64,000 nucleotides of DNA from Methylomonas sp. (GCA_026988155.1 JALSLW010000001.1:11869-75868), one strand, 5' to 3'; positions 19,636-29,696 are shown, numbered from the stretch's first letter. Notes: generated from the letters alone by a model not told the origin. Made by a program: numbers and translations.

Positions 19636-20670
19636 ATGAAAAATGTTGTAATCACTGGAATAACAGGGCAAGACGCTGCCTATTTAGCTGAATTTTTATT
19701 AGAAAAAGGCTGTACCGTATTTGGCACTTATCGCCGAACCAGTTCAGTCAATTTTTGGCGTATTGAAGAGCTTGGCATACAGGACCACCCTAATCTGCAT
19801 TTGGTAGAATACGATTTGACAGACCTAAGTTCTAGCATCCGTCTGCTGGAATCGACAAAAGCTGACGAAGTCTATAATCTGGCTGCTCAAAGTTTTGTTG
19901 GCATTTCTTTTGATCAGCCATTAGCAACCGCAAAAATTACTGGCCTTGGACCAGTCAATTTACTGGAAGCAATTAGGATTGTTAATTCTAAAATTCGCTT
20001 TTATCAGGCATCTACTTCTGAGATGTTTGGCAAAGTTCAGGAAATTCCTCAAAAAGAATCGACCCCTTTTTATCCGCGCAGTCCATATGGTGCAGCCAAG
20101 CTTTATGCACACTGGATGACAATTAATTATCACGAGTCATATAATATTTTTGCCTGTAGCGGCATCCTTTTTAACCATGAATCTCCACTGCGTGGCCAAG
20201 AATTCGTTACCCGAAAAATTACGAACAGTGTGGCCAAAATTTCATTGGGCCAGCAACAGCTGCTTGAGCTAGGAAATTTGGATGCAAAACGTGACTGGGG
20301 CTTTGCTAAGGACTATATTGAAGGCATGTATTTAATGCTTCAGGCGGATACCCCTGACACTTATGTACTAGCTACAGGCCGAACAGAAACAGTGCGCGAC
20401 TTTGTTGACATGTCTTTTAAAGCTGTTGATATTAAGCTTGATTGGCAAGGCAAAGATGAAAATGAAGTAGCAATAGATAGAAAATCAGGAAAAACCGTTG
20501 TAAAAATAAACCCAAAATTCTATCGCCCTGCTGAAGTTGAATTATTGATTGGTGATCCAGAAAAGGCTAAAAAATACTTAGGTTGGCAGCCAAAAACAAC
20601 ATTGGAAGAATTATGTGAAATGATGGTTAAAGCAGATTTGCGTCGCAATAAACAGAACCTTTCATTCTGA
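19636..20670 (+). CDS. gmd: GDP-mannose 4,6-dehydratase
   Basis: [20 protein letters not shown] Rossmann motif, with [23 protein letters not shown] (YxxxK) and [10 protein letters not shown]. Confidence 0.92.
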   Translation: MKNVVITGITGQDAAYLAEFLLEKGCTVFGTYRRTSSVNFWRIEELGIQDHPNLHLVEYDLTDLSSSIRLLESTKADEVYNLAAQSFVGISFDQPLATAKITGLGPVNLLEAIRIVNSKIRFYQASTSEMFGKVQEIPQKESTPFYPRSPYGAAKLYAHWMTINYHESYNIFACSGILFNHESPLRGQEFVTRKITNSVAKISLGQQQLLELGNLDAKRDWGFAKDYIEGMYLMLQADTPDTYVLATGRTETVRDFVDMSFKAVDIKLDWQGKDENEVAIDRKSGKTVVKINPKFYRPAEVELLIGDPEKAKKYLGWQPKTTLEELCEMMVKADLRRNKQNLSF

Positions 20671-21536
20671 TGCGACTTTTGCTTACAGGGGCAAATGGCT
20701 TCACAGGAACGCATTTCTCAAAAGTTGCCAGTAAAGCTGGTTATGAAATCTACCCATTCCAGGCCAACTTGACTGATTGCCATGCTGTAAAAATTGAAAC
20801 TTTAAAAATTAATCCTGACATAATTGTACATTTAGCCGCCATTTCATTTGTTGCTCATGGTGATGCGGACGCTATTTATCGTGTAAACATCACCGGGACA
20901 CGGAATTTGCTGCAGGCTCTGTCAGCATTGGATAAACGGCCTAAAGCAGTGCTGCTTGCAAGCAGTGCAAATGTTTATGGAAACACTAGAGTGGAGCAGA
21001 TTGATGAATCTGTTCCGTTACTGCCAGCTAATGATTATGGTATCAGCAAAATGGCAATGGAGCATGTAGCCAGATTATGGATGGATCGTTTGCCTATTAT
21101 CATTAGTCGGCCCTTTAACTATACTGGACCAGGGCAAGATCCAAAGTTTTTAATCCCTAAAATTGTTGATCACTTTATCCGTAAAGAACCTGTTATTGAG
21201 CTGGGAAATTTAGATGTGGAACGTGAGTTTTCAGATATCCGTGCAATTTGCTATATTTATCAAAAATTAATAAATACACCTGAAGCCATTGGTAAAACCT
21301 TTAATATTTGCTCTGGTACTGCATATTCTTTACGCAGGATTATCTCTACTATGGAGAAAATCGCTGGCTATAAAATTGATGTAAAGATAAATCCTAAATT
21401 TGTCCGGCCAAATGAGATTAAGCGTCTAGTAGGAAATAATCAATATTTACATAAAATAATTGGCGTTCAGAAATACCCTTGCATAGAAGAAACATTGCGA
21501 TGGATGTATGAAGATAGCTTGAAAACATATAGTTAA
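20670..21536 (+). CDS. rmd: GDP-4-keto-6-deoxy-D-mannose reductase (Rmd-like; GDP-D-rhamnose forming)
   Basis: SDR/epimerase fold with TGANGFTG, YGISK and RPFNYTGPGQ. It overlaps the gmd stop by 1 nt (TGATG). The gmd-rmd pairing matches the Pseudomonas aeruginosa common polysaccharide antigen locus. The reductase specificity is inferred. Confidence 0.7.
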   Translation: MRLLLTGANGFTGTHFSKVASKAGYEIYPFQANLTDCHAVKIETLKINPDIIVHLAAISFVAHGDADAIYRVNITGTRNLLQALSALDKRPKAVLLASSANVYGNTRVEQIDESVPLLPANDYGISKMAMEHVARLWMDRLPIIISRPFNYTGPGQDPKFLIPKIVDHFIRKEPVIELGNLDVEREFSDIRAICYIYQKLINTPEAIGKTFNICSGTAYSLRRIISTMEKIAGYKIDVKINPKFVRPNEIKRLVGNNQYLHKIIGVQKYPCIEETLRWMYEDSLKTYS

Positions 21537-21544
21537 TTAAAAAA

Positions 21545-22705
21545 ATGAGTGATTTCAAACGGTCTCATATCAAAGTTGTTATGAGTACAAAAAGTTTAAT
21601 TACGCCTCTTACTGGTATCGGAAATTATACCTTCAACTTATCCAAAACTCTTAAAGATAATCCATTAATAGAAATTGAAGCTTTCTATGGCTTCAGCTGG
21701 TCAAAAGACATACTCCCCATTGCCACTCCAAAAACCAGTAAGCTTAAAAAAATAGTAAGTCGGTTTATTCCCTATTCATATACTGCCAGACAAAAAACAT
21801 CCCAAATAGCCTTTAATTCCGGTTTAAAAAATACTCAGTTTGACCTTTACCACGAGCCAAACTTTTTACCGCTTGAATTTAATGGCGCAACCGTTATTAC
21901 AATTCATGACCTTTCGTTTATTCGATTTCCTCATGTACATCCAGCTGTAAGAATTCGTATGATGAACAAAGCAATGCCACGTGCTATTGAACAGTCACAG
22001 TGCATTATTGCAGACTCGCATTTTACAAAACGGGAAATAATCAGTGAATTTAGCGTGGCCAGTAACAAAGTTCACGTTACTCATCTGGGAAAGTCCTCTA
22101 TTTATTATCCCCGCTCAAAAGCTGATGTATCAAATGTTATTGAAAAATATGGTCTCCGTTTTCAACAATACGTCATTTCTGTCGGCACTCTAGAACCTAG
22201 AAAAAATTTAATTCAGGCCATTCAAACTTACCGGGCTTTGCCAAATAAGCTAGCAAAACGTTTTCCTCTTATTATTGCAGGTATGAGAGGCTGGAAAGAA
22301 AAAGGGCTAATTTCAGAATTAAATGCATTAATTAATCAAGATAAAGCAAAAATGCTTGGCTATGTACCCGACAGTGATTTGCCCTTTTTATACAGTGGAG
22401 CCAGATCTTTAATTTTTCCTTCTTTATATGAAGGTTTTGGCCTGCCTGTTTTAGAAGCAATGGCTTGCGGTACTCCCGTGATTGCTTCAAATACTTCTTC
22501 CATTCCTGAAGTTGCTGGCAATGCTGGTATATTAATTGATGTTGGCGATATTGATGCGATGAAGGCCAGTATTGAAATGATTTGTGAAGATAATAAAGAA
22601 TTTTCCCGTTTATCTGACCTAGGGATCATTCAGGCAGATAAATTTTCTTGGCAAAAGTGTGCGGTTGAAACTTATTCTGCTTATCAATATGCCTTAGCAC
22701 ATTAA
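21545..22705 (+). CDS. GT4 glycosyltransferase (WbpX/WbpY-like)
   Basis: PSLYEGFGLPVLEAMACGTPVIASNTSSIPEV is a GT4 core. The gene sits within the rhamnan-type locus. Confidence 0.85.
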   Translation: MSDFKRSHIKVVMSTKSLITPLTGIGNYTFNLSKTLKDNPLIEIEAFYGFSWSKDILPIATPKTSKLKKIVSRFIPYSYTARQKTSQIAFNSGLKNTQFDLYHEPNFLPLEFNGATVITIHDLSFIRFPHVHPAVRIRMMNKAMPRAIEQSQCIIADSHFTKREIISEFSVASNKVHVTHLGKSSIYYPRSKADVSNVIEKYGLRFQQYVISVGTLEPRKNLIQAIQTYRALPNKLAKRFPLIIAGMRGWKEKGLISELNALINQDKAKMLGYVPDSDLPFLYSGARSLIFPSLYEGFGLPVLEAMACGTPVIASNTSSIPEVAGNAGILIDVGDIDAMKASIEMICEDNKEFSRLSDLGIIQADKFSWQKCAVETYSAYQYALAH

Positions 22706-22708
22706 CTT

Positions 22709-23827
22709 ATGCAAGTACTAAATGTTTATCGCACATATTTTCCAGATCCCCCAGGCGGATTACAAGAAGCTATTAGACAGATCGCCCTATCCACAACTGA
22801 AATGGGGATTTCAAACACAATTTTCACCTTGTCACCTAAGCCAAATCCTACAAAATTAATACGTCCTGAAGCTCATGTGGTAAGAAGCCGATCATGGATG
22901 GCCCCTGCTTCATGTGATATTGGAGGAATCAGAGCATTTACTAGTTTTTCAAAATTGGCAAATGAATCTGATACTATACATTATTTTTTCCCCTGGCCTT
23001 TTGCTGATGTTTTACACTCAATTGTCCAGCCCAATAAACCTGTGGTGCTCACTTATATTTCAGATATTATTAGGCAACGATTTTTAGGTTCTCTTTATCA
23101 GCCATTAATGTGGGAAACTTTAAAGAAAATGCAGATTATTGTAGCAAACTGTCCTGCTTATGCTAAAAATAGTCCTGTTCTAACTCACCCCTCAATTCGA
23201 GAAAAGGTTCGTATAATACCTTTAGGAATTAATGAAAATTCGTACTCTATGGTTGGTGATAAAAGTATTCTGAGCAGACTCGGCATTATTTCTAAAGAAC
23301 CCTTTTTTTTATTTATCGGAGTCCTTCGCTATTATAAAGGCATACCCAATTTAATTAAGGCGGCTAAACACATTGATTGCAAAATAATCATTGCAGGCAG
23401 TGGACCTGAAGGTGAAAAGTTAAAAAAACTAGCTGAAGATTTGGGTGTAAATAACATAATTTTTTCTGGTCAGGTAACTGATGCGGAAAAAGTAACATTG
23501 CTAAAGCATTGCAAAGCAATAATTTTACCGTCACACCTACGTTCAGAAGCTTTTGGCATGGTACTCATTGAGGCATCGATGATGGGAAAACCAATGATTT
23601 CCTGTGAGATAGGTACAGGTACATCTTTTGTTAATTATCACGAAGAAACTGGATTTGTTGTTTCTCCTGAGAATCCTGTTCAATTAGCTCAATCGATGCA
23701 TATCTTATTGAAGGAAAATAAATTGGCATCTAAAATGGGGCTATCTGCGCGTAGTCGCTATGAAAAACTATTTTCGGGAAATGCGCTAGGCCGAGCTTAT
23801 GCTTCTGTTTATGATGAATTATCCTAA
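22709..23827 (+). CDS. GT4 glycosyltransferase (WbpZ-like)
   Basis: The N-terminus MQVLNVYRTYFPDPPGGLQEAIRQI and the core PSHLRSEAFGMVLIEASMMGKPMISCEIGTGTSF resemble WbpZ-type initiating rhamnosyltransferases. Confidence 0.8.
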   Translation: MQVLNVYRTYFPDPPGGLQEAIRQIALSTTEMGISNTIFTLSPKPNPTKLIRPEAHVVRSRSWMAPASCDIGGIRAFTSFSKLANESDTIHYFFPWPFADVLHSIVQPNKPVVLTYISDIIRQRFLGSLYQPLMWETLKKMQIIVANCPAYAKNSPVLTHPSIREKVRIIPLGINENSYSMVGDKSILSRLGIISKEPFFLFIGVLRYYKGIPNLIKAAKHIDCKIIIAGSGPEGEKLKKLAEDLGVNNIIFSGQVTDAEKVTLLKHCKAIILPSHLRSEAFGMVLIEASMMGKPMISCEIGTGTSFVNYHEETGFVVSPENPVQLAQSMHILLKENKLASKMGLSARSRYEKLFSGNALGRAYASVYDELS

Positions 23828-24072
23828 ATAAATCAGTTGAGCATGGATTTTGTGGAAAATCTGAGCAAAATAGACAAAGAATAGCTCAAAGATAATGGCC
23901 GTAGTCCTCATCGAGAGCTATTCTGCAGAATTTTTTGTCCAGGTTTTTCACAAAACCGTGAAGCGAAATACACTCACCCATCTGCTGAATAGTAAAAAGC
24001 TGGATTAAACAGTTTATTTAACAAGTTACAGTTAAACTAAGCGTTCAACTGATTTATTTAGGATTATTGTAA
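23813..24072. repeat. 260-bp long palindromic (MITE-like) element between two locus genes
   Basis: Perfect 20-bp terminal inverted repeat ATCCTAAATAAATCAGTTGA (23821-23840) pairs with 24045-24064 and extends to about 28 bp with one mismatch. The interior arms also pair imperfectly. The left arm contains the last codons and the stop of the upstream GT. Confidence 0.75.
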
Positions 24073-24110
24073 ACCTAGAAAAATTGCTGTTCCCTATACA
24101 TTAGTAAAAA

Positions 24111-24671
24111 ATGAAAAGACTCTTTGATTTAATTTTAATACTGATTGCTATACCCTTACTTTTTTTCCCAATTATTTTAGTTGCTATACTGGTTAAGGCA
24201 ACTTCTAAAGGTCAAGTATTATATTGGTCTGATCGTATTGGAAAAGATGGAATTATATTTAAAATGCCTAAATTTCGCAGCATGAAGACTGGTACACCTG
24301 CTGTAGCAACTCATTTACTGCAAAATCCAGAAAGCACATTAACATCCATCGGTCATTTTATACGAAAATCAAGCCTAGATGAGTTGCCTCAACTATGGTC
24401 TATTTTTAAAGGAGAAATGAGTTTTGTTGGGCCTCGGCCTGCATTGTTTAATCAGAATGACTTGATTTCTATGCGCACACAAAAAGGAGTGGAGAAACTT
24501 TTACCTGGTTTGACAGGGTGGGCACAGATTAATGGACGTGATGAACTGACTATTGCTGAAAAAGTTGAGCTAGATATTGAATATCTGAAAAGACGTTCTT
24601 TCTTATTTGATTTAAAGATTTTGTGGATTACTTTGTTGAAAGTGGTAAAAACAGATAAAATAAGCCACTAA
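24111..24671 (+). CDS. Small monotopic phosphoglycosyl transferase (bacterial sugar transferase, PglC/WbaP C-terminal type)
   Basis: One N-terminal re-entrant helix, with KMPKFRSM, LDELPQL and FVGPRPAL motifs. Confidence 0.85.
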   Translation: MKRLFDLILILIAIPLLFFPIILVAILVKATSKGQVLYWSDRIGKDGIIFKMPKFRSMKTGTPAVATHLLQNPESTLTSIGHFIRKSSLDELPQLWSIFKGEMSFVGPRPALFNQNDLISMRTQKGVEKLLPGLTGWAQINGRDELTIAEKVELDIEYLKRRSFLFDLKILWITLLKVVKTDKISH

Positions 24672-24737
24672 CATAGGTTTTCATCAAAATATTACGTTCA
24701 CTTCAATAAAAATTTATAACTCCCTAAAACTGAAAAA

Positions 24738-24773
24738 ACAAGCTTTCAAAGGACTCTTCCTTCAAAAGCTTGT
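24738..24773. terminator. Candidate bidirectional terminator hairpin between convergent genes
   Basis: ACAAGCTTT (24738-24746) pairs with AAAGCTTGT (24765-24773). An A-run precedes it and a T-rich tract follows. Confidence 0.4.
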
Positions 24774-24801
24774 ACTCATTTTAAATTATTAAATAGCTAA
24801 A

Positions 24802-26175
24802 TCAATTTGCTCTAATTCCAAAGCGCTCAGCCAACACACTAAACTCCTGGCTAATAATAAACCCATTGATAAGTTCTTCTCTAGTAGTTCCAGCAGCTAG
24901 CCGGCCCAGCCAATTTTGTTTGCCATCTAAATCCGAAGTCCTACCGAAAATAGCTTGATAGGCAATCTCTACAAATTCATCGTCTGTAGTATTTCTAGCC
25001 AAAAATTCAGAGCTTTTAAAAAAACCTCTAGCTATATTTCCTCCTGTTTCATCTCCATTCAATAGCTTAGATGTCCAATAATCATTACCAACTGTATCAG
25101 GATCCCTGTTTAATACAAACTTGTAAAAACGGCGTACGAAATTATCTATAAGGAACTCTGTCTCTTCATTCTCACTAATGGGAGTCACATCAAAACTATC
25201 TGCTAAAGCTGCAAATTCCAAACTACTTACAAACCCATAAATAACTTCATCTCTAGAATAGCCTGCATCAAGGTTTGATAGCCAAAAACCAAGACCTGAT
25301 TCATCAGGTTCTCTATCAAACATTGTTTTATATAAAATATTCACAAAATCAGGCTTATCCAAATTCAGTGCTAGAAACTCATTACTATTTAAAAAACCAA
25401 AAGCAACTTTAGCGCCTGACTGCGTTTGGATAATATTTAGCCAATAATTCAATCCATCCTGGTCTGATGCTCTGCCTAATATATTTACATAAAACCTTTC
25501 TATAAATTCTATTTGGCTTTGCATTTCAGCACTTGGAACCAATTCGGCTCCATTAAGAGCAATGCTATAATTTGCATTAGCATAATCTATAACTGTTGAG
25601 CTGGCAGAACGCCAGTCAGTGAGGGGCGAGGTACTGCCGCCACCTGTAGGGGCAAGTATAGCTGTATATGGAGAATTTGATACTGCAAAAATAAGATCAT
25701 TTAAAGTCGGTCCACTGAAAGGGCTTACATCATCATCCGATATTGCTAAAAAATAATTACCTGCTACTTGAGGACCTAACGCATGGCTGCTGGGCAAACC
25801 TGCATCTGCTTCATTTCTATTTACTGCATCATCATTCGCATATATTCCTAAGCCATTTTCATCAAACAGCCATAACTTGGAATCCCAGTCTGTATCGCCC
25901 GCAACATCACCCCCGCCTGATACAACTGCAGAAAATGCACTAGGGTCAGAAATATAAATTTTATATAAATCAACATCAGATCGTGCTGAAATTTTTCCCT
26001 CAATTGTCTCTACATTACCCACACCCAAAATGGATTGAGCTGAATTTAATAGGCTGCCGGCATCCCCCTGTTCTTGCCAGGTAGCAGCAGTAGATGTATT
26101 TGAAAACAGTATGCCAGCCATTAAAATAGTACTGCATACCGGCCTAAAAAAAGTTCTTGTTAAATTACCACTCAT
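24802..26175 (-). CDS. Secreted protein: PPC-like (pre-peptidase C-terminal type) domain plus four DUF4214 repeats
   Basis: Signal peptide (ILMAGILFSNTSTAA). DVDLYKIYISD...LWLFDENGLGIYANDDA is PPC-like. The four repeats are RFYVNILGRASDQDGLNYW, LYKTMFDREPDESGLGFW, RFYKFVLNRDPDTVGNDYW and AYQAIFGRTSDLDGKQNW. Confidence 0.7.
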   Translation of the reverse strand: MSGNLTRTFFRPVCSTILMAGILFSNTSTAATWQEQGDAGSLLNSAQSILGVGNVETIEGKISARSDVDLYKIYISDPSAFSAVVSGGGDVAGDTDWDSKLWLFDENGLGIYANDDAVNRNEADAGLPSSHALGPQVAGNYFLAISDDDVSPFSGPTLNDLIFAVSNSPYTAILAPTGGGSTSPLTDWRSASSTVIDYANANYSIALNGAELVPSAEMQSQIEFIERFYVNILGRASDQDGLNYWLNIIQTQSGAKVAFGFLNSNEFLALNLDKPDFVNILYKTMFDREPDESGLGFWLSNLDAGYSRDEVIYGFVSSLEFAALADSFDVTPISENEETEFLIDNFVRRFYKFVLNRDPDTVGNDYWTSKLLNGDETGGNIARGFFKSSEFLARNTTDDEFVEIAYQAIFGRTSDLDGKQNWLGRLAAGTTREELINGFIISQEFSVLAERFGIRAN

Positions 26176-26533
26176 TTTTATTACCTTTATTTATAAAACA
26201 TATCTATCACTAAGAGCACTTCCCTGTTTTTTATAAACCAACGCATCAACCTAATTACTGTGCAATTCATTGTATTTATAATGCATCCTGCCACTACTAA
26301 CAATTTCCTTGTCTTAGCATATTTATAACAAACAATTCAGATATAAATAAGCAATTAACATTCCATAATATAACTTTAATTTTAATATCAATAATATAAA
26401 AAAATATAAAGTATTTAAAAAATAACTATTTGTAAAATATATAGACAAAAACACCTAAAAAATAGATAACAAAATCTTGAATACTTACGATTTAGCATAT
26501 AAACCTTTAGCCCAGACTCCTACTAAAAAATTT

Positions 26534-27877
26534 TTACTTTCCAATGCAAAACGAACTAAAAATCCTGCCGAGTAAATCATCTGAGCTAAATACGCCTGTA
26601 ATTTCGGCAAGACTATTTTGAGCTTGCCTTAAATCTTCGGCAACTAGCTCAGCGGCATTATTTTGCAGTTGCTCCAATGCACTTTCAACACTTTTCTGTC
26701 CCTGAGCTAAAGCATCTACATGTCTTTTTCTTGCAATAAATACATCATCTGTTTCACCGCTAAAACCAACACTCTTTTTAAGATGTTCAATCAAAAGCTC
26801 CATCCCCAAGCCTTTTTTTACTGACAGATAAATTTGACTGGCATGTTCTGTTTCTGTTATTTCTGGCTCTATTTCCAATAAATCAATTTTGTTGTAGACT
26901 TTTGTTATATCTAAACCAGAAGGCAGTGTTCTAATCACAGAATCAATTTCCGGATCTGTGCTATCAATTAATAATAATACTTTATCAGCCTGTCTAATTT
27001 GTTCATGTGCGCGACGAATTCCCTCTTTTTCTACCGCATTTTCACTTTCTCGCAGCCCTGCAGTATCAATAATATGAATAGGCATTCCATCGATCTGAAT
27101 CCGTTCTTTTAAAATATCTCTAGTTGTTCCGGCAATATCAGTAACAATTGCCGCTTCATGCCCTGCCAATGCATTGAGTAAACTTGATTTTCCTGCATTG
27201 GGTTTTCCGGCCAATACAACAGTCATTCCATCTCTCAATAAGCGACCTTGCTGGGCTGTTTTTTGGATCTTTTGGATTTTTTCTGTCAGTTCTACTATTT
27301 TTTTTTCGACAATGCCATCAGTTAAAAATTCAATTTCTTCATCTGTAAAGTCTATTGCAGCCTCTACATATATTCTCAATTCAATAAGCTCTTCTACCAG
27401 CTCATTAATTTGTTCAGAAAAAACACCTTGCATAGATTTTTGGGCGGAACGTACTGATTGCTCTGTACTACTCTCAATTAAATCAGCAACTGCTTCAGCC
27501 TGAGCCAAATCCAGCTTGTTATTAAGAAAAGCTCTTTCGGTAAACTCCCCCGGATTAGCTAATCTTACTCCTAAACTAAGGATTCTTTTTAACAGCATAT
27601 TTAAAACAACAGCTCCGCCGTGTCCTTGCAATTCTATTGTATCTTCACCTGTATATGAAAAAGGGTTAGGGAAATAAAGAAGTATGCCGGAATCAATCAC
27701 TGAAGCATTATCATCTCTAAATGATGTAAATACCGCTTGTCTTTGCTGAGGAGTTTTATTGCTGATACTTTTGGCACAATCAAGTGCTGCAGGTCCTGAA
27801 ATCCTGATAATACCGACTCCCCCATTTCCTGAAGGAGTTGCAATGGCTGCAATGGTATCTTTATTAGTTTGCTGCAC
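26534..27877 (-). CDS. mnmE: tRNA modification GTPase MnmE (TrmE)
   Basis: G1 motif GKPNAGKSSLLNAL, with DIAGTTRD and DTAGLR. The C-terminal FCIGK tetrapeptide motif is diagnostic. Confidence 0.95.
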   Translation of the reverse strand: MQQTNKDTIAAIATPSGNGGVGIIRISGPAALDCAKSISNKTPQQRQAVFTSFRDDNASVIDSGILLYFPNPFSYTGEDTIELQGHGGAVVLNMLLKRILSLGVRLANPGEFTERAFLNNKLDLAQAEAVADLIESSTEQSVRSAQKSMQGVFSEQINELVEELIELRIYVEAAIDFTDEEIEFLTDGIVEKKIVELTEKIQKIQKTAQQGRLLRDGMTVVLAGKPNAGKSSLLNALAGHEAAIVTDIAGTTRDILKERIQIDGMPIHIIDTAGLRESENAVEKEGIRRAHEQIRQADKVLLLIDSTDPEIDSVIRTLPSGLDITKVYNKIDLLEIEPEITETEHASQIYLSVKKGLGMELLIEHLKKSVGFSGETDDVFIARKRHVDALAQGQKSVESALEQLQNNAAELVAEDLRQAQNSLAEITGVFSSDDLLGRIFSSFCIGK

Positions 27878-27942
27878 GATTTTTATAGAATTTTATTAAA
27901 AAAGCTTTAAGGGATTTATAATACCTTCCCCTTTTTTTAAAT

Positions 27943-27991
27943 AGGGATACTTAGGAGCGAGGTTTTTAAAATCTCGCTCCTAAGTATCCCT
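27943..27991. repeat. Perfect 19-bp stem hairpin between yidC and mnmE
   Basis: AGGGATACTTAGGAGCGAG (27943-27961), an 11-nt loop, then CTCGCTCCTAAGTATCCCT (27973-27991). There is no clean U-tract on the transcribed (minus) strand. Confidence 0.8.
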
Positions 27992-27996
27992 AATCG

Positions 27997-29694
27997 TTAC
28001 TTTTCAGCTTCAATTTGTTTAGTGATGTACCACTGCTGAATAATAGATAGAGTGTTATTGCATACCCAATAAAGTACCAGCCCTGCAGGAAAGAATAAGA
28101 AGAAAACAGTAAAAATGATTGGGAACATTTTCATCACTTTTGCCTGTAATGGATCTATCGGCGCAGGGTTTAAACTTTGCTGAATTTTCATGGTAATTCC
28201 CATGATAATCGGCAAAATAAAGAAAGGATCCTGTGCTGATAAATCTTGTATCCATAATATAAAGTCTGCCTGACGCAATTCTACTGTTTCAATCAATACC
28301 CAGTATAAGGAAATAAATACCGGAATTTGCACCATAATTGGAAGACAGCCTCCCATAGGGTTAACTTTCTCCTTTTTGTACATTGCCATCATTTCAGTAT
28401 TGAACCGCTGCCTGTCATCTGCAAATTTTTCTTGCAGTGCCTTAAGGCGTGGCTGAATTTTTCGCATCTTAGCCATAGAGCGATAGCTGGCCTGAGACAG
28501 CTTAAAGAACATCAATTTAATGCACAGAGTGACACCAAGGATAGAAAATCCCCAGTTACCTATATAGTCATGGATTTTATTTAGCAGCCAGTAAATAGGT
28601 TTTCCTATTACTGTTAACCAGCCATAATCTACGGTCAACTCTAATCCTGGCGCTACTTTTTCCATCATCGGCTGAATTTTTGGACCAGCAAATAAATGTG
28701 AATTAAAAATAGCATCCGTATGTGGTGCTACCTCTACTGAAGGAGAATAGGAACCGATCACATAGCGCCAGTCTTTTAATTTTTTAGTATAAAAGTGATT
28801 CTCCTGATCTGCAGGCGGTACCCATGCAGAAGCAAAATAGTGCTGAGTCATTGCACTCCAGCCACCTAAAGAAGAAACACTTAGGTTCTCTTCTTCCATT
28901 TCCTCATAATCAACTTTTTGATATTTTTCTTCTTCTGTATACACGACACCGCCCGCGTATGTTCTGATAAAGGTATTTCCCTTATCATCAACATAGGGTA
29001 CTCTCAGAAGTTGACCATACTGCCGTCCTGTCCAAGTCTCTGCTGAATCATTGCTGACTTTTTGATCGACATTGATATTGTAACTGCCACGGGTAAATGT
29101 ATAAATTTTAGTAACACTAAGCCCTGCATTATTTGTCCAGGACAAAGGAACAGATAATGTCTGCTGGCCATCAGGCAATTCATAACTGTCTTTTGCTACA
29201 GCATAAGATGCATGATGATCTGGTGCGGCGACTGATCCGCTACTGGCTATCAAGCCACTTTGAGCAAGAAAAAGTTTTTCTGTATTTGCATCAAACAGAC
29301 GAATAGGTGAAAGATCCTTTTTTTCTGGCTCCATTCCTACTAAGGCAAATAATCTATTGACAACTGTATTCTCTTTTTCTCGAGGGTATTGCAATAAATC
29401 CAAATTACGAATTGTTCCGCCTTTAGTGTCAATCTCAAGAGAAAAAACATCTGTTTTTACTGTAATTACTTTTTCAGCATAAACATCAGTAGCTGGTACC
29501 GCTTCCAATTGTTGAGCTGAAGGTATTGAAGCTATATTTCCGGTACTGGGTAAATCTTCATTGGAACCAGCAATGGCAAGCTGTTCTGACATTTCAACAG
29601 CGGGCTTTGGTCCATAGTCTATTTGCCATTGTTCCCAAAGCATATAAGAAATCGCCGCAAATGCAACGACCAGCATAAATCTAATGTTTTCCAT
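27997..29694 (-). CDS. yidC: Membrane protein insertase YidC
   Basis: 565 aa, with an N-terminal TM helix, a large periplasmic domain and a C-terminal 5-TM core (...GCLPIMVQIPVFISLYWVL...). It sits in the canonical rnpA-yidD-yidC-mnmE order. Confidence 0.95.
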   Translation of the reverse strand: MENIRFMLVVAFAAISYMLWEQWQIDYGPKPAVEMSEQLAIAGSNEDLPSTGNIASIPSAQQLEAVPATDVYAEKVITVKTDVFSLEIDTKGGTIRNLDLLQYPREKENTVVNRLFALVGMEPEKKDLSPIRLFDANTEKLFLAQSGLIASSGSVAAPDHHASYAVAKDSYELPDGQQTLSVPLSWTNNAGLSVTKIYTFTRGSYNINVDQKVSNDSAETWTGRQYGQLLRVPYVDDKGNTFIRTYAGGVVYTEEEKYQKVDYEEMEEENLSVSSLGGWSAMTQHYFASAWVPPADQENHFYTKKLKDWRYVIGSYSPSVEVAPHTDAIFNSHLFAGPKIQPMMEKVAPGLELTVDYGWLTVIGKPIYWLLNKIHDYIGNWGFSILGVTLCIKLMFFKLSQASYRSMAKMRKIQPRLKALQEKFADDRQRFNTEMMAMYKKEKVNPMGGCLPIMVQIPVFISLYWVLIETVELRQADFILWIQDLSAQDPFFILPIIMGITMKIQQSLNPAPIDPLQAKVMKMFPIIFTVFFLFFPAGLVLYWVCNNTLSIIQQWYITKQIEAEK

Positions 29695-29696
29695 TG

